From: Clostridium sp.
Lineage (GTDB): Bacteria > Bacillota > Clostridia > Clostridiales > Clostridiaceae
NCBI RefSeq assembly: GCF_029258205.1
Contig: NZ_JARHZJ010000004.1
Coordinates: 21,494 to 85,493 of the forward strand
Length of the DNA: 64,000 nt
Reading direction: 5' to 3'
Below, piece after piece: positions 42,797 through 53,533 of this stretch (positions within the stretch are counted from its first letter, which is position 1; every line of letters begins with the position of its first letter). Under the pieces are notes generated by a model. The model did no database searches, was not told the origin of the DNA, and saw only the letters and a program-made list of their open reading frames with translations. The translations under genes and the position numbers were made by a program.

Positions 42797-45259
42797 ATGA
42801 CTGAAAAAAAAAGAGAGCATAAAGATAGAAAGCAGAAGAAAAAATCAGCTAAAAATAAATCAAAAGTAACAAAATTTTTTAAATGGTTCTGTATAGGAAT
42901 TCTGCTTCTAGGGATAACTGCCATAACAGTAGTTGGAGTTTACGTTATTTCTATTATACATTCATCTCCAGACTTAAATGTTCAGGCAATTCAATCTCTA
43001 AATCAGCCATCAATTCTTTACGATGATCAAGGGAACTTTATGGATAATGTTATAACTCGTGAACAACGTTATGTTGTTAAATCTGAAGAAATCCCTGATA
43101 ATTTGAAAAAAGCTTTTGTAGCTATTGAAGACGAAAGATTTTATGAGCATAAAGGAATAGACGTTAAAAGGATTTTTGGGGTTATAGCTTCTAATATTAA
43201 AGGCAAACTTTCAGGAAGTAATACGGTTCAAGGCGCTTCAACTATAACTCAGCAACTTATAAAAAATGCCGTACTTACCAATGAAGTTAGTTATGAAAGA
43301 AAAATTAAAGAAATGTACTTAGCTTTAGAATTAGAAAAATATCTTTCAAAAGACGAAATTCTTACTACGTATTTAAATACAATTCCTATGGGTGGATACC
43401 AATATGGTGTTAGCGCAGCTGCTCAAAGATTCTTTAGTAAGAATGTTTCAGATTTAAATTTAGTTGAATGTGCTTATTTAGGAGGACTTACTCAAGCACC
43501 AACTTCTTATGATGGTCTTTCAGAAGCAAACAAAGAAAATCCAAGTAGATATTTAAATAGAACTAAATCTGTACTATTTAAAATGCATGAACTTGGATAT
43601 ATTTCAACTCAACAATATAATGACGCAATAAATGAAATTGACACAAATGGTATAAAATTTAAACCAAATAATAAATTAAGTAAGACTAACTTCGAGTGGT
43701 TTACAAGACCAACTATAACTCAAGTTAAACAAGACTTAATGACCAAATATAAATATACTCAAGAAGAAGTTGACAAACTTATAGCTAACGGTGGATTAAA
43801 AATCTATACTTCTATGAATAGAAATCTTCAAAATAATGTTCAAAAAGTTTTAGATGATCCAAATAACTATAGAGCTATAACTAATAACCCTAATGCCGAG
43901 AATGAAGATGGTATTTATAAATTACAGGCATCAGCCACAATAATAGATTATAAAACCGGTCATGTTAAAGCTTTAGTTGGAGGAAGAGGAGAACAACCAG
44001 CTATGTCACATAATAGAGCTTATTATGATTTAAAATCTATAGGTTCTGCAACAAAACCATTAACAGTTTATGGTCCTGCTATTGATTTAGGACTTGGCGG
44101 AGCTGGATCTGTGGTAAATGATTCTCCATTAACTAATAAAGAGTTATCTTCTACAGGATATAAAGATCAACCTAAGAATGAATACAATAGTTATAGAGGT
44201 CCTCTAACTTTTAGAGAAGCAATTAAAATTTCTAGTAACTTAGCAGCCATAAAAGTTGCTAACGAAGTAGGTATTTCAAACTCTATAGCTTATGGACAAA
44301 AATTAGGTCTTGTTTATGGTCCTCACTCTAGAGGTATTTCCACAACAGCCTTAGGACAATTTCAAAATGACCCTAATAATCCTGATGGAGGAAATACTTA
44401 TACTCTAGCTTCAGCCTTTGGTGTTTTTGGTAATAATGGAGTTAAAACAAACGCTAAATTATATAATAAGGTATTGGATTCTCATGGAAATGTAATTCTT
44501 GATACAAGCACTCCAGAAGAAACTAAAGTATTTAGTCCTCAAGCTTCTTATATAGTTTATGATATGCTTAAAGATCAAGTAGAAAGTGGATCTGCAAAAC
44601 CTGCTAAATTTGGTAATATACCTGTAGCTGGTAAAACAGGAACTACAACTGGAGATAAAGACTATTTATTTGCAGGATTAACACCATATTATTCTGCAGC
44701 TATTTGGATTGGATATGATAAGCCTATAGAAATGAAAACCAGTAGTGGTACTGTTACTTCACCTATTTTTGGGAAAATAATGGCCCTAGCTCATAAAGGC
44801 TTACAATACAAAGAAGTTGAACAACCTAGAGGAATAAGCAAGATTGCAGTATGTATGGATTCAGGACTTAAACCTACTTCACTTTGCACGCAAGATCCTA
44901 GAGGTAGCAGAGTTTATTATGATTGGTTTATTAACAGTTCTGCTCCTACTCAATATTGTAATTATCATACAAAGTCACATTTCTCTGTTCCTAATAAAAG
45001 TGAAAATGATAATTCTGAAAAAAATAAGGAGAATAAACAACAAGAAAATAAACCTGAAGATGTTAAACCTAACGAAAATGCTAATAAACCAAATGAACAA
45101 ACTCCAAATAATCCTGGAAATAGTAACAATAACGTTGGTGAAAATGGAACTCCACCTCAAAATCAAACAGAAAACAATATAAACCCTAGAGTTATTCCTC
45201 CACCTCAAAATGGAAATAACTCAAATCAAAATAGTCAACGTAATAACATTACGCAATAG
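42797..45259 (+). CDS. Class A penicillin-binding protein (glycosyltransferase GT51 + transpeptidase) with an N/Q/P-rich tail
   Basis: GT51 motif [14 protein letters not shown]. Transpeptidase SATKP, SSN and KTGTT. The last ~85 aa are low complexity. Confidence 0.93.
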   Translation: MTEKKREHKDRKQKKKSAKNKSKVTKFFKWFCIGILLLGITAITVVGVYVISIIHSSPDLNVQAIQSLNQPSILYDDQGNFMDNVITREQRYVVKSEEIPDNLKKAFVAIEDERFYEHKGIDVKRIFGVIASNIKGKLSGSNTVQGASTITQQLIKNAVLTNEVSYERKIKEMYLALELEKYLSKDEILTTYLNTIPMGGYQYGVSAAAQRFFSKNVSDLNLVECAYLGGLTQAPTSYDGLSEANKENPSRYLNRTKSVLFKMHELGYISTQQYNDAINEIDTNGIKFKPNNKLSKTNFEWFTRPTITQVKQDLMTKYKYTQEEVDKLIANGGLKIYTSMNRNLQNNVQKVLDDPNNYRAITNNPNAENEDGIYKLQASATIIDYKTGHVKALVGGRGEQPAMSHNRAYYDLKSIGSATKPLTVYGPAIDLGLGGAGSVVNDSPLTNKELSSTGYKDQPKNEYNSYRGPLTFREAIKISSNLAAIKVANEVGISNSIAYGQKLGLVYGPHSRGISTTALGQFQNDPNNPDGGNTYTLASAFGVFGNNGVKTNAKLYNKVLDSHGNVILDTSTPEETKVFSPQASYIVYDMLKDQVESGSAKPAKFGNIPVAGKTGTTTGDKDYLFAGLTPYYSAAIWIGYDKPIEMKTSSGTVTSPIFGKIMALAHKGLQYKEVEQPRGISKIAVCMDSGLKPTSLCTQDPRGSRVYYDWFINSSAPTQYCNYHTKSHFSVPNKSENDNSEKNKENKQQENKPEDVKPNENANKPNEQTPNNPGNSNNNVGENGTPPQNQTENNINPRVIPPPQNGNNSNQNSQRNNITQ

Positions 45260-45294
45260 AACTAAGTTGTTCTTGCATTTTAATTTTATACAAA

Positions 45295-45336
45295 ATAAAG
45301 CCACTATGAGTTTTTCATTTCATAGTGGCTTTATTA
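45295..45336 (+). terminator. Rho-independent terminator after the PBP gene
   Basis: AAAGCCACTATGA (45297..45309) pairs with TCATAGTGGCTTT (45320..45332). T-rich tail. Confidence 0.8.
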
Positions 45337-45550
45337 TTAACAATAAGTTATCTATATTCATGTAATATTCTAATTTTTAATAAATATTGCATTTGTTTTT
45401 TATTTATTTTTCACATATATATTTTTCATTGAAATATTGCATATATGAATAAAACAATATTAGTTCTTGCATTTTTTCATTATTCATATTAAAATTAAGT
45501 ATAACGTGTTACGTAAAAATAAAAAAACTTATCGACAGGAGGAGGAATCA

Positions 45551-46951
45551 ATGGAAATACTTAGCAAATTAGTAGTTACTTTTAATGATTTTCTTTGGGG
45601 CTATATATTAATTGTTTTATTAATAGGTGCTGGCCTTTTATTTTCTTTTAAAACTAAATTTGTTCAATTTAGATGCATAAAAGAAATGTTCCGTTTATTA
45701 GGAGACGGTATAGGAAAATCAAATAAAGAAAAGGGTGGAGTTTCTTCATTTCAGGCATTTTGTATAAGTACAGCTTCAAGAGTTGGTACTGGTAATATAG
45801 CAGGTGTTGCCATAGCCGTAGCTGTTGGTGGACCTGGAGCAGTTTTTTGGATGTGGATTATAGCCTTAATAGGTTCTGCTTCTAGTTTCGTAGAAAGTAC
45901 ATTAGCTCAAATATATAAAATCAAAGATAAAGATTCTTTCAGAGGTGGTCCTGCCTATTACATGGAAAAAGGACTTGGAAAGAGATGGTTAGGAATTATA
46001 TTCTCAATTCTTATTACAATCTGTTTTGGATTCGTATTTAATGCAGTTCAAGCTAACACAGTAAGTGTTGCATTCAATAGTGCTTTCGGACTTTCAAGAG
46101 GAGCTATTGGTATAATATTAGCAATAGTAACAGCTTTAGTTATCTTCGGTGGTATTCACAGAGTTGCTAAGGTCTCAGAAATAATAGTTCCAATTTTAGC
46201 GGTTCTTTATATTCTTATCGCTATTGTAGTTTTAATTTTAAATATTACTGAAATTCCATCAGTTTTTAAACTTATATTTGAATCAGCATTCGGAATAAAA
46301 CAACTAACTGCTGGTGGACTTGGTGCTGCTGTTATGCAAGGTATTAAAAGAGGTTTATTCTCAAATGAAGCTGGTATGGGTAGTGCTCCAAATGCAGCTG
46401 CTACAGCAGATGTTACTCACCCAGTAAAACAAGGTTTAATTCAAACTTTAGGAGTATTTACTGATACATTATTAATTTGTTCTTGTACAGCATTTATAAT
46501 ACTTCTTTCAGGTCAATATGCTGATAGCTCATTAACAGGTATAGAATTAACTCAAAAAGCTCTTGTATCTCAAATAGGACCTTTTGGAGCTTATTTCATA
46601 GCAATTTGTATATTATTATTTGCTTTTAGTTCTATTGTAGGTAACTTCTATTACGGTCAAACAAACATAGAGTTTATAAATAATAATAAGTTATTATTAA
46701 ATATATACAGAATCCTTGTTATAGGTATGGTATTATTCGGTTCAATAGCAAAAGTAGATTTAGTTTGGAATTTAGCTGACCTTTTCATGGGATTAATGGC
46801 TATACTAAACATAATAACTATATTATTCTTGGGTAAATATTCTTTCCTTGCATTGAAAGACTACACAGATCAAAAGAAAGCAGGTATTAAGGAACCAGTA
46901 TTTAAAGCTTCTTCTATTCCTGGATTAAAAAATGTAGAAGAATGGCAATAA
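45551..46951 (+). CDS. Alanine/glycine:cation symporter (AGCS family)
   Basis: Start set to ATG 45551 (MEILSKL), following AGGAGGAGG. Motifs SSFQAF.ISTASRVGTGNIAGVA and FSNEAGMGSAP. Confidence 0.92.
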   Translation: MEILSKLVVTFNDFLWGYILIVLLIGAGLLFSFKTKFVQFRCIKEMFRLLGDGIGKSNKEKGGVSSFQAFCISTASRVGTGNIAGVAIAVAVGGPGAVFWMWIIALIGSASSFVESTLAQIYKIKDKDSFRGGPAYYMEKGLGKRWLGIIFSILITICFGFVFNAVQANTVSVAFNSAFGLSRGAIGIILAIVTALVIFGGIHRVAKVSEIIVPILAVLYILIAIVVLILNITEIPSVFKLIFESAFGIKQLTAGGLGAAVMQGIKRGLFSNEAGMGSAPNAAATADVTHPVKQGLIQTLGVFTDTLLICSCTAFIILLSGQYADSSLTGIELTQKALVSQIGPFGAYFIAICILLFAFSSIVGNFYYGQTNIEFINNNKLLLNIYRILVIGMVLFGSIAKVDLVWNLADLFMGLMAILNIITILFLGKYSFLALKDYTDQKKAGIKEPVFKASSIPGLKNVEEWQ

Positions 46952-46952
46952 T

Positions 46953-46986
46953 AAAAAGCTTTGAGATTTTTTTCTCAAAGCTTTTT
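46953..46986. terminator. Bidirectional terminator
   Basis: AAAAAGCTTTGAGA pairs with TCTCAAAGCTTTTT around a T6 loop. It overlaps the stop codon of the minus-strand gene and begins 2 nt after the plus-strand stop. Confidence 0.8.
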
Positions 46987-47377
46987 ATATTAATCTTTTA
47001 AATACAACTTTTTTCTCTACACTCAAATCTTTAGGATTTATTGTTATTTTAAAAATTGGAGGACATCCTTCTTCTCTCCATTTCTTCATATAAGATGGTG
47101 TAGCTTTATAATTATAGTAATAAACTTCTTCATATTCATCTGAGAATTCTAAAACTTCAAGTCTACTCTCCTCACTTAAACTTATTAATTCTTTATCAAC
47201 ATTATTTATTATTGGCCAAAAGTATTTCATTGGTATATTATATTTAAATTCATTTTTAGCTACTCTACTTTCAAACAAAGCTCTTTTTAATATCCTATTA
47301 TCCTTATGGCACTCATCTATATTAGCTCTAAATATAATTTTTCCTCTTTTGTCTTCATCTAATTTTATGTTTATCAT
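46985..47377 (-). CDS. Hypothetical protein (130 aa)
   Basis: ORF with ordinary composition. No motif I recognise. Confidence 0.5.
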   Translation of the reverse strand: MINIKLDEDKRGKIIFRANIDECHKDNRILKRALFESRVAKNEFKYNIPMKYFWPIINNVDKELISLSEESRLEVLEFSDEYEEVYYYNYKATPSYMKKWREEGCPPIFKITINPKDLSVEKKVVFKRLI

Positions 47378-47430
47378 ATAATAAACAACTCCTATCCTTA
47401 ATGCTATAAACTATAGCATCAAATCTAAAT

Positions 47431-48507
47431 CTATAAATCAAATCTATTTAATACAGATTCTCCAAATAACTTTTTAATTATGTATTTTATTCCTTCTATT
47501 TCACAGGATTTTTTCTTAACTATTATAAATCTTCCATTATCAATAATATCTTCATCAGAATAAGATGTTAAAGCAATCTCTTCATTTATAAATTCAACCC
47601 ATTCTTTAGAATAATAAGCTTTTAGCCCTCTTAAAAACTTATTTTTTATAAATGGAATTATACTATTTCCTAAAACACAAACAGTTTCACACCCATTGAT
47701 ATTGTTTAAAAGTTTTTCAAAATCATCATTTTCATAGAATTTATTACTCTTACTTCCTGGAACAATTATAACATCTAAATCAGCTTTCTCTACAGATTTT
47801 AAGTTTTCAAATTTTATATCATACATTCCATCTTTTACTATATTATTTTGTGTACCTACTAATTCCACTGAAATTATATCTTTGTCTAATGATTTATTTA
47901 TATCATCAAAAATTTCTAAAAAAGATATTACTGTACTTATAATCATCTTATCATAAATAAATATTCCAAACTTTCTCTCTTTTAAATCTTTGATTTGCCT
48001 ATTAAAATCATCCTTATATAATCTATATGAATAGCCATCTTTATTCTTATACATCATCTTGAAACCAATTCTTTCAAGCCTCTCTCTATTCTCATCTGAT
48101 GAAACCGTATCCAGAATATATAAACCACCAAACTCATAAAAAAAGAATTCTAATATAAGATTTACAGCTTCACTTCCATAACCATTTCTCCTATGTGAAC
48201 CTTCTATCCTAACGTTTAATCTAGCAGTTTTAGTTGTAGAGTCATATCCATGAAAGCTTGCTTCTCCAACTGGATTATCATTATAATCAAAAACTAAGCA
48301 ATACAGATTTCTTCCATCTGTAGGATTCACCATCTTTTTATAAAAACTATCCCACTTATACCTAGGAAAAGATATTATTTTACCTACATCAGTCATACTA
48401 TCTATATCTCCCCATAGCCTTTCAGTATACCTTAGTTCTTCTAAATATGGTGTTCTTATATAAACTTTTCTTCCCTCTCTCCTATAAAAGTTTCTTTTTT
48501 GTATCAC
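47431..48507 (-). CDS. GNAT N-acetyltransferase fused to a DJ-1/PfpI-like (class I glutamine amidotransferase-like) domain
   Basis: N-terminal half has the GNAT pattern (RRNGYGSEAVNLILEFFF). C-terminal half has the flavodoxin-like pattern FGIFIYD..DVIIVPGS..VCVLGNS. Confidence 0.65.
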   Translation of the reverse strand: MIQKRNFYRREGRKVYIRTPYLEELRYTERLWGDIDSMTDVGKIISFPRYKWDSFYKKMVNPTDGRNLYCLVFDYNDNPVGEASFHGYDSTTKTARLNVRIEGSHRRNGYGSEAVNLILEFFFYEFGGLYILDTVSSDENRERLERIGFKMMYKNKDGYSYRLYKDDFNRQIKDLKERKFGIFIYDKMIISTVISFLEIFDDINKSLDKDIISVELVGTQNNIVKDGMYDIKFENLKSVEKADLDVIIVPGSKSNKFYENDDFEKLLNNINGCETVCVLGNSIIPFIKNKFLRGLKAYYSKEWVEFINEEIALTSYSDEDIIDNGRFIIVKKKSCEIEGIKYIIKKLFGESVLNRFDL

Positions 48508-48832
48508 ATTACCACACCAATCTTTTATTAATTCAAGAGTATTTTATCATAAATTACCACAAACTGTGAAATTTTTTATCTATTATTTATTAATTGTTTT
48601 TTTGTTGTTTAGTTATACTAAATTAAATAATAAATTAACCTAAACTCTATAACATATTTTTCCTTACCAAGTTGCTAAATTACTATTTTCAAGCAACATT
48701 TAAATATTAATATATTTTTTCATTTTTTTATTGATTTTTATTTTAAAAGTATTTATAATAATTTATGTTTGTTTAGTAATTTTAAACTTAAAGTTTAGTA
48801 AAACTTATATTAATGAAATTGAGGTGTAAAAC

Positions 48833-49372
48833 TTGGAAATAGGAGATAAAATTAGACGTCTCAGAGTGGCCAAACAATTAACTCAAGAAGAATTAGCAAA
48901 TAGATGTGAATTATCTAAAGGATTTATTTCTCAACTTGAGAATGAGCTTACTTCTCCATCTATAGCTACATTAATAGATATATTAGATATATTAGGAACC
49001 AACCTAACAGAATTCTTTAGTGAAGATACTAATGAAAAGATAGCCTTTTCTAAAGATGATATGTTTGAAACTGAAAATGAAGAATTAAAATATAATCTTA
49101 TGTGGTTAGTTCCAAACGCTCAAAAAAATGATATGGAACCTATAATGATAACTCTTGAACCTGGAGGACAATATATTGAAGAAGAACCTCATGAGGGTGA
49201 GGAATTTGGGTATGTCTTATCTGGAGCAATATATCTTCATCTAGGAGATAAAAAAGTAAAAGTAAGAAAAGGCGAGAGTTTCTACTTTAAGCCCAAGGCT
49301 AATCATTATATTTCTAATGCAGGAAAAATTTCTGCAAAGGTTATATGGATAAGTACTCCACCATCATTTTAA
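48833..49372 (+). CDS. XRE-family HTH + cupin transcriptional regulator (PuuR-like)
   Basis: HTH_3 (IRRLRVAKQLTQEELANRCELSKGFISQLEN) plus a C-terminal cupin. TTG start follows GAGGTG. Directly upstream of potABCD. Confidence 0.85.
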   Translation: MEIGDKIRRLRVAKQLTQEELANRCELSKGFISQLENELTSPSIATLIDILDILGTNLTEFFSEDTNEKIAFSKDDMFETENEELKYNLMWLVPNAQKNDMEPIMITLEPGGQYIEEEPHEGEEFGYVLSGAIYLHLGDKKVKVRKGESFYFKPKANHYISNAGKISAKVIWISTPPSF

Positions 49373-49394
49373 TATAAACATTTAGAAAGCAGAG

Positions 49395-50453
49395 GTGTTA
49401 GATTTGAAAGATAATAATATTATTGAATTAAAAGGAATAACTAAATCTTATGGGAAAGATACAATTTTAGATAATCTTTCTCTTAATATAAAAAAGAATG
49501 AATTCCTAACTCTTTTAGGACCTAGTGGATGTGGTAAAACAACCACTTTAAAAATTATAGCTGGTTTTGAAACGCCTGATAATGGCCAGGTGGTCTTTGA
49601 AAATAATATTATTAACGATATACCACCTTATGAAAGACAATTAAATACTGTATTCCAAAAATATGCTTTATTCCCTCATATGAATGTATATGAAAATATA
49701 GCTTTTGGATTAAAACTAAAAAAAATGCATAAAGATGTTATAGATCAAAAAGTTAAGGAAATGCTTAAATTGGTTGCCCTTGAGGGATATGAAAATAGAG
49801 ATATTGAGGCCCTTAGTGGTGGTCAACAACAAAGAGTTGCTATAGCTAGAGCTTTAGTAAATGAACCAAAGGTACTTTTATTAGATGAACCACTTGGTGC
49901 ATTAGATATGAAACTTAGAAAAGGTATGCAAATAGAGCTTAAGAGAATTCAACAAAAATTAGGAATTACATTTATATTTGTAACTCATGACCAAGAAGAA
50001 GCTTTAACAATGTCAGACACAATAGTTGTTATGAATAAAGGTGAAATTCAACAAATGGGAAGTCCAGAAGATATATATAATGAACCTGCTAACTCATTTG
50101 TAGCAAAATTTATAGGTGAAAGTAATATAGTTGATGGAACTATGTTAGATGACTTTAAAGTTGAATTTTGTGGAAAAATATTTGAATGTGTTGATAAAGG
50201 TTTTGAAAAAAACGAAGCTATTGAAGTTGTAATAAGACCAGAGGATTTTGAAATGGTTAAATATGAAGATGGTATGCTAAAAGGAACTGTTAATTCAGTT
50301 ATATTTAAAGGTGTTCACTATGAAATAGAAGTAAAAGATGATAGCCACACTTGGATATTACACAATACAAAACATGCTGAAATAGGATCAAAAATAGGAT
50401 TATCTCTTGATCCAGAAAGCATACACATAATGAAAAAAGAGAGTGATGTTTAA
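49395..50453 (+). CDS. potA: Spermidine/putrescine ABC transporter ATP-binding protein
   Basis: Walker [10 protein letters not shown], signature LSGGQQQR, Walker B LLLDEP. The start could instead be TTG at 49404. Confidence 0.93.
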   Translation: MLDLKDNNIIELKGITKSYGKDTILDNLSLNIKKNEFLTLLGPSGCGKTTTLKIIAGFETPDNGQVVFENNIINDIPPYERQLNTVFQKYALFPHMNVYENIAFGLKLKKMHKDVIDQKVKEMLKLVALEGYENRDIEALSGGQQQRVAIARALVNEPKVLLLDEPLGALDMKLRKGMQIELKRIQQKLGITFIFVTHDQEEALTMSDTIVVMNKGEIQQMGSPEDIYNEPANSFVAKFIGESNIVDGTMLDDFKVEFCGKIFECVDKGFEKNEAIEVVIRPEDFEMVKYEDGMLKGTVNSVIFKGVHYEIEVKDDSHTWILHNTKHAEIGSKIGLSLDPESIHIMKKESDV

Positions 50454-50455
50454 AT

Positions 50456-51301
50456 ATGAAAAATAGAGATAAAAATTTATCATTTGCAGCGTATCCATAC
50501 GTTGTATGGAGTGCTATATTCATAGTTATTCCTTTACTTTTAATAGTTTTCTTTAGTTTTACAATTAAAGTTAATGGAAGATTTGTTTTCTCTTTTGAAA
50601 ACTTCCAAAGACTATTTGAGCCAATATATTTTACTGTTTTTATACGTTCTATATGGCTTGCTGTTTTATCAACAGTTTTATGTTTAATTTTAGGTTATCC
50701 AATAGCTTATATAATATCTAAATTACCTATAAAAAGAAGAAATATTTTAATACTTTTATTCATATTACCAATGTGGATGAATTTCTTACTTAGAACATAT
50801 GCATGGATGGCTATACTTGGTAGAGATGGACTTATCAATACTCTTTTAGGTTACATAGGAATAGGACCTATTAAAATGTTATATACTGACGGAGCAATCT
50901 TACTTGGAATGGTATATAATTTCTTACCATTTATGGTTATCCCAATATATACTGTACTTATAAAAATTGATAAAAACTTAGTTAATGCAGCTTATGATCT
51001 AGGAGCAAATAAAGCTCAAGCTTTTAGAAAAGTTATTTTACCACTTAGTATTCCTGGAATAATTTCTGGAGTAACTATGGTTTTTATGCCAGCTGTTTCA
51101 AACTTCGTAATTCCAAACCTTCTAGGTGGTGGAAAATATATGTTAGTTGGTAACCTTATAGAACAACAATTTACAACTATAGGTAACTGGAACTTTGGTT
51201 CTGCCTTATCAATCTTTATGATGATATTAATATTAATTTCAATGGCATTTATGTCTAAATATGAAAAGAACGGAAAAGAAGGAGGTAAACAGCTATGGTA
51301 A
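50456..51301 (+). CDS. potB: Spermidine/putrescine ABC transporter permease
   Basis: Six-TM BPD_transp_1 permease with an EAA-like loop (AAYDLGANKAQAFRKVILP). Confidence 0.9.
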   Translation: MKNRDKNLSFAAYPYVVWSAIFIVIPLLLIVFFSFTIKVNGRFVFSFENFQRLFEPIYFTVFIRSIWLAVLSTVLCLILGYPIAYIISKLPIKRRNILILLFILPMWMNFLLRTYAWMAILGRDGLINTLLGYIGIGPIKMLYTDGAILLGMVYNFLPFMVIPIYTVLIKIDKNLVNAAYDLGANKAQAFRKVILPLSIPGIISGVTMVFMPAVSNFVIPNLLGGGKYMLVGNLIEQQFTTIGNWNFGSALSIFMMILILISMAFMSKYEKNGKEGGKQLW

Positions 51302-52095
51302 AAAAGTTAGGTGATTTTATTTCTAAATTTTATTTAGTATTAGTATTTATATTTTTATATGCACCAATAGTAACACTTATGATATTCTCATTTAACAAAA
51401 CAAAATCTATGGCTGTTTGGAGTGGCTTTACCTTTGATTGGTATAGCTCTCTATTTCAAAATGATAGAATAATAGCGGCTCTTTATTATACAATTTTAAT
51501 AGCAGTGATAGCTTCTGTTGTTGCTACAGTTATAGGTACTATAAGTGCTATAGGAATTAATAATATGAAAAGAGGTCCTAAAACTTTACTATTAAACATA
51601 AACTATTTACCTGTATTAAATCCAGATATAGTTACTGGAATTTCATTAATGACCTTATTTGCTATTGGTGGAATTTTATTTAATCTAAAACCTGGTTTTT
51701 GGACTATGCTTTTAGCTCATATAACATTTGATATTCCTTATGTTATATTATCTGTTTTACCTAAGCTAAGACAATTACCTCCAAATTTAACTGATGCAGC
51801 CTTAGATTTAGGAGCAAAACCATCTTACGCTTTAAGAAAGATAGTAATCCCTCAAATAATGCCTGGTATAGCAGCAGGATTCTTAATAGCATTTACAATG
51901 TCAATAGATGACTTTGTTATAAGTTTCTTCACTACAGGTCCTGGTGTTTCTAACCTTTCTATAGAAATTTATTCTATGGCTAGAAGAGGTATTTCTCCTC
52001 AAATAAATGCTCTTTCAACATTAATGTTTATAGTTGTCTTAGTATTACTTCTTGTTGCTAATAGAAAGCAATCTTTAGTGAAAGGAGAACGTTAA
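51295..52095 (+). CDS. potC: Spermidine/putrescine ABC transporter permease
   Basis: Permease with the loop AALDLGAKPSYALRKIVIP. Overlaps potB by 7 nt. Confidence 0.9.
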   Translation: MVKKLGDFISKFYLVLVFIFLYAPIVTLMIFSFNKTKSMAVWSGFTFDWYSSLFQNDRIIAALYYTILIAVIASVVATVIGTISAIGINNMKRGPKTLLLNINYLPVLNPDIVTGISLMTLFAIGGILFNLKPGFWTMLLAHITFDIPYVILSVLPKLRQLPPNLTDAALDLGAKPSYALRKIVIPQIMPGIAAGFLIAFTMSIDDFVISFFTTGPGVSNLSIEIYSMARRGISPQINALSTLMFIVVLVLLLVANRKQSLVKGER

Positions 52096-52096
52096 T

Positions 52097-53179
52097 ATGA
52101 AATTAAAAAAATTTTTAGCATTAACTTGTTCAACATTGCTTATATCATCTCTTTTTATTGGTTGTGGTCAAAAAAAAGATGTGGAATCTACCCAAGATAA
52201 AAATAGTAACGTTCTTTATGTTTATAACTGGGGAGATTATATAGATCCAGATCTTCTTACTAAATTTAAAGAAGAAACTGGAATAGATGTTAAATATGAT
52301 GTTTATGATACCAATGAAATAATGTATCAAAAACTTAACAGTGGTAATGTGTCTTATGATATAGTAATACCTTCTGATTACATGATAGAAAAAATGAAAG
52401 AAGAAGATATGTTAGCTAAAATAGATTTTTCTAATATACCTAATTATAAATATATAGGAGAACAATTTAAAAAATTAGCTTATGATCCAACTGACGAATA
52501 CTCAGTTCCATACATGTGGGGAACAGTTGGAATAATATATAATACAAAAAGAGTTAGTGATCCTGTAGATAGTTGGGATATTCTTTGGAACCCTAAATAT
52601 AAGGATCAAGTTATAATGCCAGATAGTGTTAGAGATGCTATGGCTGTTGCAGAAAAAAAATTAGGATATTCATTAAATACAGAAAACCTAGACCAAATAG
52701 AAAAGGCTAAAAATGAACTTATGACTCAAAAGAAAGATGGTTTAATCTTAGCTTATATGGTTGACCAAGTTAAAGATGCCATGGTTGGTGGAGAAGCTTC
52801 CCTTGCTGTTGCTTGGTCAGGAGATGCTGTAACAATGATAGAAAGAAACCCTGATTTAGCTTACGCTATTCCTAAAGAAGGATCAAATAAATGGTTTGAT
52901 GCCATTGCAATTCCTAAAAATGCTAAGCATAAAGAAAATGCTGAAAAGTTTATAAACTTTCTTTGTGATCCTGAAAATGCCGAGCAAAATGTAGAATACA
53001 TAGGATTCTCTACTCCAAATACAGCTGCATATGACCTTTTACCTGATGATATAAAAGATGATAAAGTTGCTTATCCAGATGAAGAGTCATTAAAAAATTG
53101 TGAGGTATTTATAGATTTACCTCCTAAGATACTTAGAAAATATGATGAAGCTTGGTTAGAAATCAAGTGTGTTTATTAA
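52097..53179 (+). CDS. potD: Spermidine/putrescine-binding lipoprotein
   Basis: Lipobox LFIGCG and a PotD/PotF-type periplasmic binding fold pattern. Confidence 0.9.
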   Translation: MKLKKFLALTCSTLLISSLFIGCGQKKDVESTQDKNSNVLYVYNWGDYIDPDLLTKFKEETGIDVKYDVYDTNEIMYQKLNSGNVSYDIVIPSDYMIEKMKEEDMLAKIDFSNIPNYKYIGEQFKKLAYDPTDEYSVPYMWGTVGIIYNTKRVSDPVDSWDILWNPKYKDQVIMPDSVRDAMAVAEKKLGYSLNTENLDQIEKAKNELMTQKKDGLILAYMVDQVKDAMVGGEASLAVAWSGDAVTMIERNPDLAYAIPKEGSNKWFDAIAIPKNAKHKENAEKFINFLCDPENAEQNVEYIGFSTPNTAAYDLLPDDIKDDKVAYPDEESLKNCEVFIDLPPKILRKYDEAWLEIKCVY

Positions 53180-53180
53180 A

Positions 53181-53213
53181 AAATGCATGTGCTTTTGCAC
53201 ATGCATTTCTTAT
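53181..53213 (+). terminator. Rho-independent terminator of the pot operon
   Basis: AAATGCATGTGC pairs with GCACATGCATTT around a TTTT loop. Confidence 0.8.
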
Positions 53214-53268
53214 TATACACAATTTTACAAATTTTATTTTTACAAGCCCTACGCCTTCCTATATCTTA

Positions 53269-53424
53269 CTACATATCACAGCTATCTTGTTCATATCCAT
53301 ATCTTGAGCTTCCATTGCTATTAAACTCTTCATTTTCTTTGTATGAAATAAATGTGCCATCATCTGGCTCATGATCTTTATGTTTTTTATTATTGTAATT
53401 TTTATGATATTTATCATTTTTCAT
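53269..53424 (-). CDS. Candidate 51-aa hydrophilic small protein
   Basis: AAGGTGGGTG lies 6 nt upstream of the ATG at 53424. Translation MKNDKYHKNYNNKKHKDHEPDDGTFISYKENEEFNSNGSSRYGYEQDSCDM. Not in the ORF track. Confidence 0.4.
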   Translation of the reverse strand: MKNDKYHKNYNNKKHKDHEPDDGTFISYKENEEFNSNGSSRYGYEQDSCDM

Positions 53425-53533
53425 ATTTATCACCCACCTTTAAATTTATTATTTGAAAGCAGGCTTATTTATATACTATATTTTTAAGTTGGCTATGTAT
53501 ATTAATTATAGTTCTTTAAACTTTTTACTTATA

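Noticed and set aside
44844-45208. ORFs 44844..45182 (+) and 44975..45208 (-) overlapping the PBP tail.
   Set aside because: They are frame artefacts of the low-complexity A-rich repeat region inside the PBP CDS.
45467-45550. Upstream extension of the symporter ORF (MHFFIIHIKIKY..).
   Set aside because: It has no SD and an AT-rich nonsense-like sequence. ATG 45551 is preceded by AGGAGGAGG and begins the conserved AGCS N-terminus.
53183-53374. Plus-strand 63-aa ORF downstream of potD.
   Set aside because: It starts inside the potD terminator hairpin and has no SD. The opposite strand carries a better-supported small ORF.
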